From the NCBI GenBank assembly GCA_002633005.1, contig NMRA01000047.1:1107104-1171103 (forward strand): DNA of 64,000 nt, in the 5' to 3' direction. Below, one piece after another: positions 63,069-64,000 of the stretch (the stretch's first letter is position 1; each line of letters begins with the position of its first letter). Source of the DNA: Phoronis australis. Its lineage: Eukaryota; Animalia; Phoronida. The notes beneath the pieces were generated by a model. It searched no databases, had not been told where the DNA came from, and saw only the letters and a program-made list of their open reading frames with translations. The translations under genes and the position numbers were made by a program.

Positions 63069-64000
63069 AGTTGATGCAAATGATATGTAAATAAATCATA
63101 GTTGATGCATATGATATGTAAATAAATCATAGTTGATGCATATGATATGTAAATAAATCATAGTTGATGCATATGATATGTAAATAAATCATAGTTGATG
63201 CATATGATATGTAAATAAATCATAGTTGATGCATATGATATGTAAATAAATCATAGTTGATGCATATGATATGTAAATAAATCATAGTTGATGCATATGA
63301 TATGTAAATAAATCATAGTTGATGCATATGATATGTAAATAAATCATAGTTGATGCATATGATATGTAAATAAATCATAGTTGATGCATATGATATGTAA
63401 ATAAATCATAGTTGATGCATATGATATGTAAATAAATCATAGTTGATGCATATGATATGTAAATAAATCATAGTTGATGCATATGATATGTAAATAAATC
63501 ATAGTTGATGCATATGATATGTAAATAAATCATAGTTGATGCATATGATATGTAAATAAATCATAGTTGATGCATATGATATGTAAATAAATCATAGTTG
63601 ATGCATATGATATGTAAATAAATCATAGTTGATGCATATGATATGTAAATAAATCATAGTTGATGCATATGATATGTAAATAAATCATAGTTGATGCATA
63701 TGATATGTAAATAAATCATAGTTGATGCATATGATATGTAAATAAATCATAGTTGATGCATATGATATGTAAATAAATCATAGTTGATGCATATGATATG
63801 TAAATAAATCATAGTTGATGCAAATGATATGTAAATAAATCATAGTTGATGCAAATGATATGTAAATAAATCATAGTTGATGCATATGATATGTAAATAA
63901 ATCATAGTTGATGCATATGATATGTAAATAAATCATAGTTGATGCATATGATATGTAAATAAATCATAGTTGATGCAAATGATATGTAAATAAATCATAG
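63069..64000. repeat. 31-bp tandem satellite, about 30 copies, running off the window end
   Basis: Unit AGTTGATGCA(T/A)ATGATATGTAAATAAATCAT, near-identical copies. Confidence 0.98.

Noticed and set aside
63069-64000. Tandem arrays (also 57936-58163, 61078-61287, 7790-9919) as CRISPR arrays
   Set aside because: There are no unique spacers between identical repeats and no cas genes, and the DNA is spliced eukaryotic sequence.

Overview
This is AT-rich, intron-containing animal genomic DNA from an invertebrate; the sequence does not identify the species. It is not prokaryotic and contains two N gaps. Three spliced genes lie on the minus strand. (1) UBXN7: ten coding exons from 61764 down to the stop at 49079, with exon 1 beyond the window. 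(2) A complete two-exon Hand bHLH gene: 41204-40644 plus 33716-33630, 215 aa, sitting in a gene-free, CpG-retaining region of about 27 kb. (3) The 5' part of PFAS/FGAM synthase: eight coding exons from 18214 to 10635, with the rest not in the window. All exon junctions were checked by hand for GT-AG and phase continuity. The introns contain a Gypsy-type solo LTR, a PIF/Harbinger-like MITE, a Kolobok-like element, tRNA-derived SINE pieces, minisatellites and nested Helentron/DINE-1-like non-autonomous elements. The most striking observation is one such element family whose ~145-bp internal units, arranged as an A-B-C higher-order repeat, each keep a CTCF-type CCACTAGRKGGC motif, so it may be a mobile array of nucleosome-spaced insulator sites. 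A second oddity is a 4 x 55-bp tandem duplication that multiplies a UBXN7 5' splice site.
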